Origin: Octopus sinensis
Taxonomy: Eukaryota
Length of the DNA stretch: 64,000 nucleotides
Reading direction: 5' to 3'
NCBI RefSeq assembly: GCF_006345805.1
Contig: NC_043000.1
Location: 8,370,001-8,434,000 of the forward strand
Part shown: in pieces, positions 1-14,154 of the stretch
Layout of the letters: the number at the start of each line of letters is the position of its first letter
Position numbering within the stretch: the stretch's first letter is position 1
Position numbers and translations under genes: made by a program
The notes under the pieces: generated by a model
Seen by the model: only the letters and a program-made list of their open reading frames with translations
What the model was told of the DNA's origin: nothing
The model's database searches: none

Positions 1-2839
1 TATATATATATATATTATACATTTCTATATATATGCATGCATATATGATTATGTTTATGTAAATATATATGTGTGTCCGAACACCCTCTCAGCCTTATGA
101 CCTATACCATCACCACCCCCAACTCTCTTGTAATGACTCTCTTTGGACTCTTGCCACCCTCATCTATTTTCTCTGTTTTCTTCAGCCTTACTTTCCACTT
201 GCACTCACTCTCATCATGTAAGATATCTCTGAACCCCATGTACACAACCCACCTTATCCCATTTACCATTCCAACCTTCCTCTCTTCACTGACCATTCAC
301 ATTAGTCCCTTTATTCTTGTAACTTGCAGGGTGACCTCACTAGTCCAGGTGCCGCAAATAGGCACCTGGTATACACTGTAAAGTGCTTAGTGGTAGGAAG
401 GGCATCCAACTGTAGAAATCGTGCTGCAACAAATATTTAAGCACGATGCAGTCCTCCTATTTGTCAGATACTGTCCAACCCATGGTAGCAGAAATAATGG
501 ATGTTAAATGGGATGATGATGATGATGATGATGATGATGTGTATATACACAAACACACATATATACACACACACAGACATATATGCGTATGTATATATAT
601 ACATACATATATGTGTGTGTGTGTGTATATATATATATTTATGTATGTTTGTATATATGTATATATGTATGCATTTACATCTATGTATATGAAGGTAGGT
701 ATGTGTGTACACACTTATATAAACACATATACATACATATATGCATATATATGCACATGTATTTATGTATATGTGCAGGAATAAGTATATATGTGTGAAT
801 GTGTGTGTGTGTGTGTATAAATAAAAATTGGGTCTCGCCATGAAATAATTTACAGAAATATTTGTAATATATTTATATTCATAACAAAAATATTGCTTCC
901 TAAGAAGTCTTGTTCAGTTCTACAAAACTCCAGTTTGTGCGCACATCTTGACACCCACACAGTTGTCTATAAATACTTCTAGAAAATTTTTACATGAAAT
1001 ATTTTTGAGTTAATGGAAATAGTTCATGCTGGTTATTTCGGTATTTTCAATAAATAGATTGTTTCTATGTCTGGAAATTAAACCATGTTTCAATAAAAAC
1101 TCAGCTGACATTACTTTAGGAAACAAATTGAAAGTGCGTAACAAACTAGAAAGTGACATTTGAATTTCTTCCAGACACCATTTAAGTCTTCAGTCATACT
1201 TTTTGAAAATCAAAATGTTCCTGAAATCAATCCAATATTACACTCACAAAAATAACATAAAAAGATATAATTTAATTTCGTCAGATAATATTGAAAATAA
1301 ATTATTACATATTTCATAGATTTTATTTTATTTATTTATTTGCGCATCAATCTATCATAAGAGCCGGTAACTGAAATTTGATTACCTCCCTTGGACACTA
1401 TTAATTGCGTCATTGCATTTACAAGATATTTTTCATGTTTATGTATAAATTACATGACAATAAAAAAAAAAAATTTAAACTAATGAAAACTAAAATGCGT
1501 AATAATTTTTTTTTTTTTTTTCAACTTTTAAGCTGACGAGTGTTCTTTGGAAAAATAAAAATCAAATCTGCATTTTTAGAAACTGTTTTTTAAAAGCTGT
1601 ATTGAAATTTGTGAAACCTAGTTTTTAAACATCTAGTGTTTAAAGTACTTAATGAGATCATTTTCATTACTTTGAATAACTCTGATAATTAATTAGGAAT
1701 AACTAAGTCCAAGGGTTGATTATTACAAAATATCCAAAAATATGTACACAAATATACTTCACAATAAGCTTCTTTTGCTAGCACAGCACTTTAAACCACA
1801 CACACACACACACACTCATTCTTTTCAGACATATACAATGTAGGTACAAATGTATTTGTTGCATTTATCTCACATATTTATGAGATAATTGTTGATAATT
1901 GTTGCAGCAAAATTTCGATTGCCCTGCCCTAAGCTATCTCCACCATTGGGAACATGAGCATGTCTTGACTCATCCCTGTTTGCTCTTGAAGTTTCTGGGG
2001 AGGATAAAAAAAATAATGCAATCTTTTACTGGGATAGTTTATTGTAGTTGATTGTGTAATAAATATATTTTCTCTTTTTAATAACGTGTATATATCTGTG
2101 TGTGCATCATGTATATATGAATAATGCATACATCTATACACACTCACACAGAAGCATGTAGAAATGAGGTGTTACACTGGGAAAGACAAGAATTACAAAC
2201 CTAGTTCTTTTAGTTCTTTTGGGTGCTGTTGTTTTCTTCATTTTTTTTTTAAATAGCTTATTAACTTATTTAGATTTTTGTTACCATATTTCTTGTGAAA
2301 TACACTGCTTTTGTTTCAATTAATTTTGAAAATAAAAGAATTTAGTAAAATAACTCATTATTATGCAGGTGCTTGGAACATAAATTGACATGAAATTTTG
2401 AAGAAAGGATTTAATTTAGGTCACTTTCAACAAGTACTTATTGTAGACCTAAAGGTAGTCTCTAGTGGGTTGGTATCAGAAGGGTGAGACCTAATTTAGG
2501 TAAGAGTTTTATAGATTTATCATGAGAATGATTGATATCTTTCTTTTGACTCAGTTAGTAAAAAATGCTAACTCCTTTTAATCTACTTATTATTATCTTC
2601 TTATTAAGGTGGTAAGCTGGCAGAATGGTTACTGCGACTGTCAAAATACTTAGCTGCATTTCTTCCAGTTCTTTACATTCTGATTTCAAAGTCTACTTTA
2701 TCTTTCATCATTTTGAAGTTAATAAAATAAGTTGTAGTTGAACACTGGGGTCATTGTAATCAACTTCGTCCTCTCCTGAAAATTGCTGTCCTTGTGCCAA
2801 AATTTTGAAAGATTTATTAGCAGTGAAAGAGGATAAGTG

Positions 2840-3094
2840 CAGCGATTCTCAACCATTTTTTTTTTGTCTGTGGACCCCTTTAATTCCTATTTTATTCTGC
2901 TGGACCCTCAGAGAATTCAGTTAAGAAAATCCTATTATATTTTTATAATTAAATATTATTAGGAACTGTATAAAAAAAAAAATCGTTAAAAATATTTTGT
3001 GTATTTTAGAAATATAACCAATAAATTTTAACTAAATCTTACATGCCCCTCTCACCTTCCTAAGGGCCATATGAACCCTGGTTGAGAACTACTT
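2840..3094. mobile_element. hAT (Charlie-like) non-autonomous element
   Basis: CAGCGATTCTCAACC ... GGTTGAGAACTACT imperfect termini. Confidence 0.55.
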
Positions 3095-5209
3095 AATTAG
3101 TGTAACTAATCATTCTTTCGGAGTCGATAAATTAATACCAGTTGCATACTGGGGTCGATATAATTTTGGGCCTTGTGCCTAGAGTAGAAAAGAATTTTAT
3201 AGTTTTTCTTCAATCTTGTTTTAGAATTTGTGTTAGTTATAGTTTCTCAATAAAACATGGAACTATATGTTAGGGAAGAGTGAGAATTTGGAACTTGGAC
3301 AGTCTTTGCCTCTCCCCAAGGGCATTTGCGTCATTAGTAATGTTTGTACCACAAATTCCAGTATTGCCTATGTATCCCTTAGCAGCTAATGAAGACCATC
3401 AGGATTTCCACTGGCTGCAACCAGTCTGATTATGAATATTTATATGTAATGTTCTTTAAATAGCACTTTATTGTAAATGAAGGCAAATTAGTAGAAGAAA
3501 AACTGAATGAAATGTAAATGTCAAAAATAAATGTATTTACATATGAATAAACCACTCAGTGAGTTTTATGAAGATGTCTAAGTACTGTTTAGAAGTCACT
3601 CAATATCTGGGTATGAGAGAAATGCTCAAGGTCAAAGCATGTGTGATCATATCTGTTTGACATTCAATTTATGTAACCACTGTCAAATATTAACTTATCT
3701 TTCCAGTTTGTTAGTAAGGCAATGTGGTTATTTAACAAGTTCTAAATAACTAATTTTAAAATTTAGTATTACTTTCGATACTTTAAAATGAGAAAGTAAA
3801 GGCGACATTGAGATTGTTAAAATATGCACTATTAACATATTCTTAAGGTTAGTTATTAGAGGTGGGAAATTGTGTAATTGTTAAACAGTTTTGGCAAATA
3901 ATTTTAATGAAATCTCTTTGTCAAAAATAATATAATTTATGGATGTTTCATTATCATTATAAATTTATTTGAATATTTAATCAATATATCAGATTTATCT
4001 ACACTATAATAGTGATATTGTTTTCATTTTCTGATTAAAAGAATCCCATTTTCTATTAAAGGTTTTTCAGTGTTTATTTCAAGAGAAACATATTTAGCAT
4101 TTCATCGGCAGCTTTCTTTTAAAAAAGGAGTTTTGAGGAGAAAAATGATGATGTATGAAAAATTATAATTTTATATCAATCTTGCTATTTTATTTCTTGT
4201 TCATAATTTGGCTTATATATTTTGTACTAGTTTAAATATATCCCAGCCAATCAAAAATTTGTGAACTAAGCAGGCTGAAGACGTACAGCAGTGGGGATTT
4301 CAAAAGTGTTAAAGAACCAATGTCTAAACACATCTGTTGATAAAAATAATGAATCTTTAATTTTATAAACTTATGTAAACTTTAATTTTTTAAACTTATT
4401 ATTGTTTTAATCTTATGGATTAAACTAGCTATTTTAAAGTAGATTTTGGAGAATTTTTCAGTTGAGTTGTTTCAAATTTGAGCATGGGCAAAATTTTCCT
4501 TGTAGACTAAGGCTTCCTTGCCCCTGCTATACGAAATAATTTTTTTTTTTTTTGCAAAATATATCAAATTGACAAAATGTTATGGAACTTAAACAATTAT
4601 AATTAAGGGAAATCTGATTGCCTACTTAAACCAAATTCAGTTAAAGAAGATAATTGGATTTATTCCACCCAAAGGAAATTCTAACGTTTTTCATATCCTG
4701 TATGTCTGTGCATCTACACACACATCTACATACACAAATACACACAACCTAAATGCTCATAATGTTGACCTAGCCAGGAGGGAATGTATGGTTCAGTTTC
4801 CATGTAATCAGAGTAAGTGAGGGATGTATGGCGTATATTATTGATCTAGAATAATTAATCTCTGTGTGTGTATGTATGAGTGAAAAATGATGAGATTGAA
4901 GATTATTTATAGAACAGTTGATAGCAGAGTTGTTAAAACACCAGACTGTATATTTTGTGGTATTTAGTTATATTTCCTTATATTCTGAGTTCTACTAATC
5001 CCATTGAAGTTGACATTCATTTTCCATTCTTGAGGCATGGTTGATAAAATAAACACCAGCTAAATATTGGAGTTGATTTAATCAACTGTTCCTGTCCAAG
5101 CAAAATATTCAGTCCTCTGTCAATGCAAGAAGTTCCTTACCTTTTGTAAAGACATGTGGAAAACAGAAAAATTCATACATTTCAAATTTCAGGAATAAAT
5201 TTGAGCAAT

Positions 5210-5245
<36 letters not shown>

Positions 5246-5261
5246 ATTATATATATATATT

Positions 5262-5329
<68 letters not shown>

Positions 5330-7130
5330 ACACATATAAATCGTCAATTGAAGGCAATATTTAGTTTATTCACAACAGTATTTTTGGTAAATTCAAATGT
5401 GAAAATAAAATTGCTTATCTTTTTAATTTATCTTTTTTTTCTCAAATGAATTCTGTATATTTCTTTCTATTAATTTACAGATAATTTGCATTTTCATTAA
5501 TACTTGCATTTGTCTACACCACAATTAATAATGCTAGCTTGAAAATTACTACTAATTATTTACTAATTTGATTTTTGTTTACTATTAACCTTAACATTCA
5601 TTATTAATATTTACTAAGTTTTTAATACTTGTTTTATTTTTTTATTGTTTTAATTTATTTTGAGCAGAGACTTGCTACATGTGACCTGAGTTATATATAT
5701 ATCAATATAAATTACATCGGTAAATCATAGACATTTCCTTGCACCGTATAATAATAATAATAATAATAACACAAATATTTATATATTTCTATTTTTGAGG
5801 CTTATTACTTTATGTGTACGTAATTACCTATTTGCAAAACATTTATTTTGTATAATTTACTCTCATACTTAAATCATACACCTAGATGGTTGAAATGTTT
5901 AATTATATAGAGGAGGATAAATTTTGATAGGTTAGTGTCATGAATATTCTCTTTAAACCAATTCCTCCTGGGGTATTGCCTTTAGACTAGATAAATGTTC
6001 CCTCTTAACCTACTTGTAAATGTTTTCCCTATTCTGAATATCATTTTTGTGTATATTTTTGTGTATTGTGTATTTTGTGTATATTTTTGTGTATTGTTTT
6101 AAGTGCTGTACTTTATGTGCCATATATATAATATATATATATATAATATATATATATATATTGTATATGTATATATGTATATGTATATATAATATGTATA
6201 TATGTATATATGTATATGTATATATGTATAATGTATGGAGATATGTATAGTATATATGTATATATATATAGTATATATATATATATTATACATATATATA
6301 TGTGTAATGTATGTATATATATATCTATATATATATATATATATAAAAGAAGATAAAGAAGTATATAAAATTTATAATTTGGAAAAATAGTCATGTATAA
6401 ACTAATAAATTTTTAATTTTACTTTCTGAGGTATCCAGTACTCTGTTTGGTATGTAGATGTGTGTGTGTGTGTGTGTGTGTACATACACACATACACATA
6501 CATACATGCGTGCGCACACACACACATCAGGCACAGGCATACCTGTGGGATTAAGAAGTTCACAAGCGTGCTTCTCAACCATATGGTTTTCGGTTCAGTC
6601 TCACTGCATGGCACCTAGACAAGTGTTTCATATTATGGCCCTTTCCTGAACTAAATGCCTTGTTAGGGAATTTGGTACGAAACTGAAAGAAATGTGTGTA
6701 TTTGTGTGTTGTGTTATATATATATTCTATACACAACACACACACACTCACACACACGTATGTGTATGTGTTTACAGCTTTATACTGATCTACAGCTACA
6801 AACAAAGATTCTTGATGACACTGTCTGTTGTCAGCCGGCTCTCTGCTTTTCAATTGCAGTGGACTAAAATTGTCCCTTACTTGAAATAACTGATAAGGAT
6901 TGGTGACAGGAAGAGCATCTAGCCATAAAAATCCTCATTCAGTTACCTCCTGTCTATGCTATTCTAACATGGAAAAACATGTTAAATGAAGCTAATGAAA
7001 CCATATAAAGTGTGTTTGTATATCTATATGTGCATTTATATACATGTCTTATGTATATAAGCATGTATGTGTGACTGCATGTTCCATGTATACATGTATT
7101 GATGTATGTGTATTATATATATATATATAT

Positions 7131-7161
<31 letters not shown>

Positions 7162-7238
7162 CAAAAAGCAATAAGATTCAGTTAATTTAAAAGAATTTAC
7201 TTGAATATGGTACCTAACTTAGATGCACCAAAAAAAAC

Positions 7239-7322
7239 TAGCTGATGAGTACGGGACTCGTTTATATCTGTAATCTTTGCAACTTTTAATAAAACCTGTC
7301 CTTGTATGAAACGATCGTACTA
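7239..7322 (+). ncRNA. Minimal type I hammerhead ribozyme-like motif (Penelope-type)
   Basis: TAG-CTGATGA-GTACGGGAC...GTCCTTGTAT-GAAA-CGATCG-TA-CTA; intact core, palindromic stem III (ACGATCGT), GUA cleavage triplet, 3-bp stem I. Confidence 0.65.
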
Positions 7323-7356
7323 AAAACCTATCCATTCTTGTTGCTTCTTTCTCGCG

Positions 7357-7397
7357 TATATATATAATATATGTATATATATATATATATATATATG

Positions 7398-7432
<35 letters not shown>

Positions 7433-7459
7433 ATATATATATATATATATATACATTAC

Positions 7460-7490
<31 letters not shown>

Positions 7491-7713
7491 GATATATATA
7501 TATATATCATATACATATATATATATATATATATTACATATACATATATATATATATAATATATATATAATATCTATATATATTCAAATACTTATATATA
7601 ATATACATATATTATATATATATATATCTATATATACATATATATATATATACAGGTACACACACTTATGCATACATACATACATACATATATATATATA
7701 TACATATATATAT

Positions 7714-7759
<46 letters not shown>

Positions 7760-7820
7760 ATATACATGTACACACACTTATGCATACATACATACATACA
7801 TATATATATAATATATATAC

Positions 7821-7876
<56 letters not shown>

Positions 7877-7923
7877 GTACACACACTTATGCATACATAC
7901 ATACATACATATATATTATATAC

Positions 7924-7978
<55 letters not shown>

Positions 7979-8047
7979 CACACACTTATGCATACATACA
8001 TACATACATATATATACACACACACATATATACATATATATATATAT
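7357..8047. repeat. Compound (TA)n microsatellite with ~100-bp higher-order units
   Basis: tacatgtacacacacttatgcatacatacatac recurs about four times between TA tracts. Confidence 0.9.
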
Positions 8048-8669
8048 GATAACAATTTGGTGCAAAAGTATTTGCAGTTTTTAACCATTATATCTCACCT
8101 CAGAATAAATTTTCTGAAATCAAAATAATAATCATTAGAATCTATAATAGCTATTAGAATTTGTTGCTAGCAAGAGAAAAGTCTATTTAATTCTGGTTGC
8201 TTTGCATGCTGATGTCCTAGATGTGACAAATTCTTGAAAGTTGAGTTGTTGCATAGCTGTTGCTAAGAAAGAGTGGGGTGGGTCAGTTGGAGGGTGGTGT
8301 GCAGAGTAAGGTTAGTGGAGTATGGTTTTATAACTCATTTCAATTTCAGCAGAGTTATATGCAGGACATGGCTGGATGTTGTTGCAGAGAAGGAATGATA
8401 CTTTTTGAAGACTGTAAATCCAGAAACATTTTCTCAATATTTGTTTTGACTAAGATGGCAAGCTGGCAGAATTGTTAGCACACCATGCAAAATTCTAAGC
8501 TGCATTTCATGTCTTTATGTTCTGAGTTCAAATTCCACCATGGTCAATTTTGCCTTACATCAGTTTGGGGATCAATAAAATAAGTATCAGTTGAGCACTA
8601 GGTTTGACATAATCAGCTTTCCCTCTCCTATGAACTTACTGACCTTGTGTCAAGATTTAAAATCAACAT

Positions 8670-9420
8670 TTGTTTGGCAAGACATGTTTTTGCCTTGTTG
8701 GTTTTTTTGTCTAGTAAAAGATGACACCCCATGCAGACCATCCACAAGTAATCATAGCCCTTCTTTTTGAGGCTGTTTTGGTTTGGGAAAATCTTTCTGT
8801 ACATCACTTCAGTTTAGCCACTCCAGCAGTTGTTATTTAGGATCCTCTTTTCATTACATCTCAGTGCGTGATCAGAAAATGGGTCTATTCTGTATTAGAA
8901 AAGTGATGCAGAGCAGACTTTGTTTCAGTGACTTTTCTTCACCCTTAAGCTTTTGAAGCATCTATATGTTGAGCTTGTTTGACTTTCTCATGTTGTGATA
9001 TAATATCATACAACAATGTCACACAACTGTGGAATAACCTACATTTAGTTCTTCACCAACTTCTAGTGATGTTTCTTATGGAGCCTCTCCAATAATGGGC
9101 TTCAGCTTGTCATCATCATTCACCTAAGATTGTCCATGGTTTTCAAAGCCATCATTTCCGTCATGCAATGTTTGTTATCAGTATTGAGCTGGTCATTCAT
9201 TCATAGTTCCATGGTCAAATGTTTGGTTAAAGCCTGGAGCAGTTTTTGCTACTTTGCATGACATTTTTAACAAGTTACTTGAATTTGCATTTATGTTTCT
9301 TTCCTTCTTCAATTTGAAAGCTTAAAGCCAACAGAAATAAGCCAAGAAGTCTAGACCATTAGTGTAAGTAATTAGACTGTTATCTGCACATCAGAGTTAC
9401 GTGAAATAGTTTAATGAAAG
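8670..9420 (-). mobile_element. Degenerate mariner transposase remnant (HTH region)
   Basis: Minus-strand DDDKLKPIIGEAP*ETSLEVGEELNVGYSTVV*H resembles the mariner N-terminal HTH; contains stops; boundaries approximate. Confidence 0.55.
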
Positions 9421-9744
9421 AGCATTCAAAACTAGGTGTTGAAGTTTAGAATAGAAACAAAAAAACTGCTAATATTTTTATACCAACATTATGTGTATGG
9501 TCCTGTGTATGTGTGTATGTATATACACACACCACAGGCATGTGTGTGAATGCACATATACACACTTGCATATGCATATGCACATGTATGTGTGTGTAAG
9601 TATATATATATATGTATGTATATGTGTGTATATATATATATGCATATATGTAAGTGTCTCTGTATATATATATGTATATATATATATGTATATATATATA
9701 ATATATATATATATAATATATATATATATATGCATATGTCTCTG

Positions 9745-9795
<51 letters not shown>

Positions 9796-10222
9796 TATGT
9801 ATGTATGTATGTTTATATATATGTCTCTATTGATGCATATTTATGGTAAATATGTGTGTGAGTGTGTATTTATATATATCTGTTCATTCACTCACCTACA
9901 TGGGTAAAAGTTTGAACAACCAACTAAGTGCTCTTAGATGCTACATCAAAAAAATGTTAGGACTCTTATTCAGCAGAAACATATGTTGGATTGGAAATTA
10001 CTGATAATAATACTGTAATATACAAATTTTGAAGATGTATAATTTTTCATTCTTCTTTATGAAGTTTTGTATGCTGTATGAAATCTAATAAAGCAAACTC
10101 AGGAGTTTCCTGTTGAGTGAAGTACCATATAATTGTTTATCTTTAACAATTGTGTATCTTCCCAATCATTTGATGTGGTTAGTCACATCTGGATTGTATC
10201 AGAGTACTAATAAGTATGTATA

Positions 10223-10267
<45 letters not shown>

Positions 10268-10704
10268 TATATATATACACATATATTTACACACACACAT
10301 ATACATACATATATATACATACATATACATACGTATATATATACATATGCACACACATATGTATGTATATATATATATGTGTGTTTATGAATATGTATAT
10401 TCATAAAAGTATATATAAATTTATATGTATATTTGTATGTACATGTATGCGAGTATATATATTTATATATACATATATCATTGTGTATATATGCATATAT
10501 GTATATATATATATATGTATAAATATTTATATCTATATATATTATACAACATGTATATATTTGTACAATATGTGTATATTTTTGTGTATATATGCAAGTA
10601 TTTGTTACGTATATGTATTTGTTCATGTATAAATGCATGTACATACGTGTGTTGATGTATATGTGTGTATATGTATGTTTTATGCATACTTGTGTGTGTG
10701 TTTG

Positions 10705-10736
<32 letters not shown>

Positions 10737-13700
10737 CATCTAATTATAAATAAAATATATTTGCATACATATATATATATAGATACTAGGTCTGTTAAGT
10801 AATAGTATGTCACCTGTTTTTGATTGTCTTTAAACCATGTAATTTCACCCAATTTATCCTACCCTGTTGTTAAATCTTGAGTCTGTTGGTAGTTATATTT
10901 GTTTGACTTGGGTATTAATGTTTAAAAGGGAGCTCATTGATTGTTGGTTATTTTGATTGTTGCAACGAGTGAAAAGTTCAATATTTGGGCTCTTGTCCTT
11001 CATCAGAGAATAGAAAATATCTCACAGCTTGGCCTACAACAACTCTTTGTTATTCTACTCCCTATTAAAGAGTGACCAAATCTTTAGACTTTATACTCAT
11101 TGCAATAATCAAACTTATCAGCATTCTTTGAGAGTTTATTTGAGTAATTGTTACCAACACAATCTTTCACCAATTTCCTTGGATTCCTGAGTTTATTTTA
11201 GTTTTAGTTTTGGGTAATTATCCATAGTCTACAGAATAATGAGTTCCATTTGACTGTTTTGCCTATACTTATTTCTTTAAATCAAACTCTTCAATAAGGC
11301 CTCCAGTTGCCAACAGTAGTGTTTGGGAATTTCAAAGTTATGTATCATAATTTTTGGAGAAACCTTAGTGTCTCTTTCAGATCAATTTATAATTATTTTG
11401 ATACATTTCATTGGTGTGGTACAGAATTTGTTTCATGTTTAAATTCAGTGTATTGAAATGAAAATGCTATTTAGTTTAGCTATTAGAGGTTAATGATTTA
11501 ATAGTTCTGAGGATTTTAATTTACCTTATAGATGTTCAGAATAAAAGTTTTACTTTGGAAACCATTTTGTATAAAGATTTGTTTAGATTGTATTTATTGA
11601 ATTCCCTGGTGTTATAGTTTTGCTGGTTTTTTTCCATCTTTTCTTTAAGTTGCATTTCATATTCACAAATATATATTGTTAGTGTTGTGTCCCAAGTCAA
11701 CTCTAATTGAGCTGAATTATCATATACTATCTTTTTGTGTATCTAGAAGTACATTTAGTGAATGTGTCCTTCCTAAATTTGATCTGCCAGGTGTGATTTG
11801 AGAAATATTTAGCTACTATTTCTAGCAGATTGGACAACTCCATACAGGTTTCTTTGTGGGCTCACTATGAAATATTTAAGATTCTAAATGATTCTTCAGT
11901 GTATTACTTTCATTTTTTTTCTTTTGTTTATCTGCCTTATATTTTTTCTTGATTTTCTGGCTATAAATACAAAACGTGTTTCCCTGAACAAGATACAATT
12001 TTACTAAAGTTTAAAATTTCTGAATTAGTAAATCTTAGATAATGTCAAGGATATGTTACTTCTATTTAATAGGTTTTGTAATATGATACCTTTATATAAC
12101 TATAAAACAAATTAAACTATAGCTAAGAAGACATCATAAATGTCAGAAGGCAGTTTTACTATCATAGTAAACTATAGGACTTAAATCAAATGCTTTTATA
12201 TTTTGTGAGAAAGTTAAATTTATTTTAACTTATGATTCTGGACAACAATTATGATTAACTTTTTAAAATATATAGAAATATCAACAAGTAAAACCTGCCA
12301 AGACTTTGGAAATTATTATGAAATGTTCACATTGTTTATGTGGTAATATATAGATTTTGCTACAAAATTTTAACTTAACATCCATGGCTAAAGAAGAAAT
12401 TGTTCATAATTTAAGCCTATTATTGTATTATTTGAATAGCAAATACTTAATGATTTTGAAAATGAGGAAAAATTATTGGTTTTGATTTAAAGATGACATA
12501 ATTCCTTGAGTTTTGTGATTGGAATGGCAAATTGATTGAAAATTTCCTTGATACTGATTCCTTTCTGACTGGAAAGAGGAATTATCAAAAGAATAGATTC
12601 AGCAACATTGAATTGATTTTAAAAAATTCATTATGGTCCTGCTGGATAATGTATAGGAATATGTAATATGCATTGCCCAAGATTTTAATTTTCATTAGCA
12701 AACCAGGTGTGTGTTCGGCTTATATTTTAATTAATTCCATTAACTTTACCATCTTACTGTGACCAACTTTTCCATTTATAGGTGAATAGTTGGCCTTTAA
12801 AGAAGATACGCTACTCTAAAAGTTCTTGCCCCAATAATTCATGCGAGATATCTAATCACCTTTCAACATGAAAGGAGATGGTGTTGGGGTTGAAGAACTG
12901 AAATATCATAAATATTCCTAAAACTTTCAGTTAAATCTTCTTTTATAGGTTGTTATTTTTATAATTGATGTGATTCATTCTTGATTACATGTTGCTTGTA
13001 AGGTCATCAGGCTATTTCCATCATATTTGATGATACTTGCCTGTCAATAAAGAATACAAGCAAGCAAAACATTAAAGAAAAAAAAAACTACAACAAAAAG
13101 TAAGGAATTAGTTATTTCTGAATTCACTTAAATCTATTATTCTAGAAGAGATTGTCTGAAATTGCAAATGTTTGTGTCAATCAATAAATATTCCATTAAA
13201 AATTCATTCGTAATGAATTTTCTAATCTTTATTTCAAATACTTTTAACATAATTACTGAGATTTCTAATACAGAGAATATCAAGAGTAAATTGGTTATAT
13301 AAAAATTTTGTCACATATGGTTACATTCTGAGCTTTTAAATGTTTATTATCTGCTTTGATATAAACTTTTTTTAGAGGTGTTATATTCTTATTATAGAGA
13401 TGTTGTATTCTTGAAGGTCTTGCCATAATTTGAAATTACATAACATAAAACATATTTTCTCAGTGGCTTCCAAATAATGTGAAAGTCAGTGGAAAATAGG
13501 GTCCACATTATGAAATTTCATATTACAGCAAGATTTCCTGGAATGCAACATTACCTTATTGTAGGGGATGCTTGTATTTTTCACAATAAAACATAGTTGG
13601 TTAAAGGTAAAATGTGATGTTATTTGTTCAAATTTTCATTTATTATGAGAGTTAGATGTGTATAAACAAATCTTTGTTGTCAGTTATACAAACCATATAC

Positions 13701-14154
13701 ATTCAGTAACAGTTCTTTGTAGTATATTTCCTTGCTATTATTGTTGAGAGAACACAATATTCAATGTGTTGTTTATCTTCAGACTTTTGTTTTAAGATAT
13801 TCTGTATGTTTCTCCTTTTTTATTGTATCAGGACTAGTTGTTGTAATATATTTGTACTTCACGCTTTTCATATACTGCTGTTGTTTCCAAGTGATATAAC
13901 TTTCCATTTGTCAGAGACAAATAGGTTTTCAGTGATTCTTTAGTAACAGAATAGTTTAGTTAAATGTTTGAAGCAGTTTATGATTTGTGTTGTAGAAAGT
14001 TTTATCTGAAAATGTATTAGCAAAGTGGGGGAAAATAACTCAAAGGATTTTTGTAACATTTTGAACCTATTGTTGTTTGTGTTGTTTAAATTGGTAGGTT
14101 TCATGTTTTTTATTCTACCTTGTGGTTGCAAGAATAAATGCCATCCTCTTTCAG

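Noticed and set aside
12770-12920. Possible upstream exon after tttccatttatag
   Set aside because: Stops in the two frames tested and no suitable phase-1 donor found.
14025-14154. N-terminal extension of the 3062-aa ORF as a translation start
   Set aside because: Begins at GTG in T-rich intron-like sequence ending in a good acceptor at 14154.
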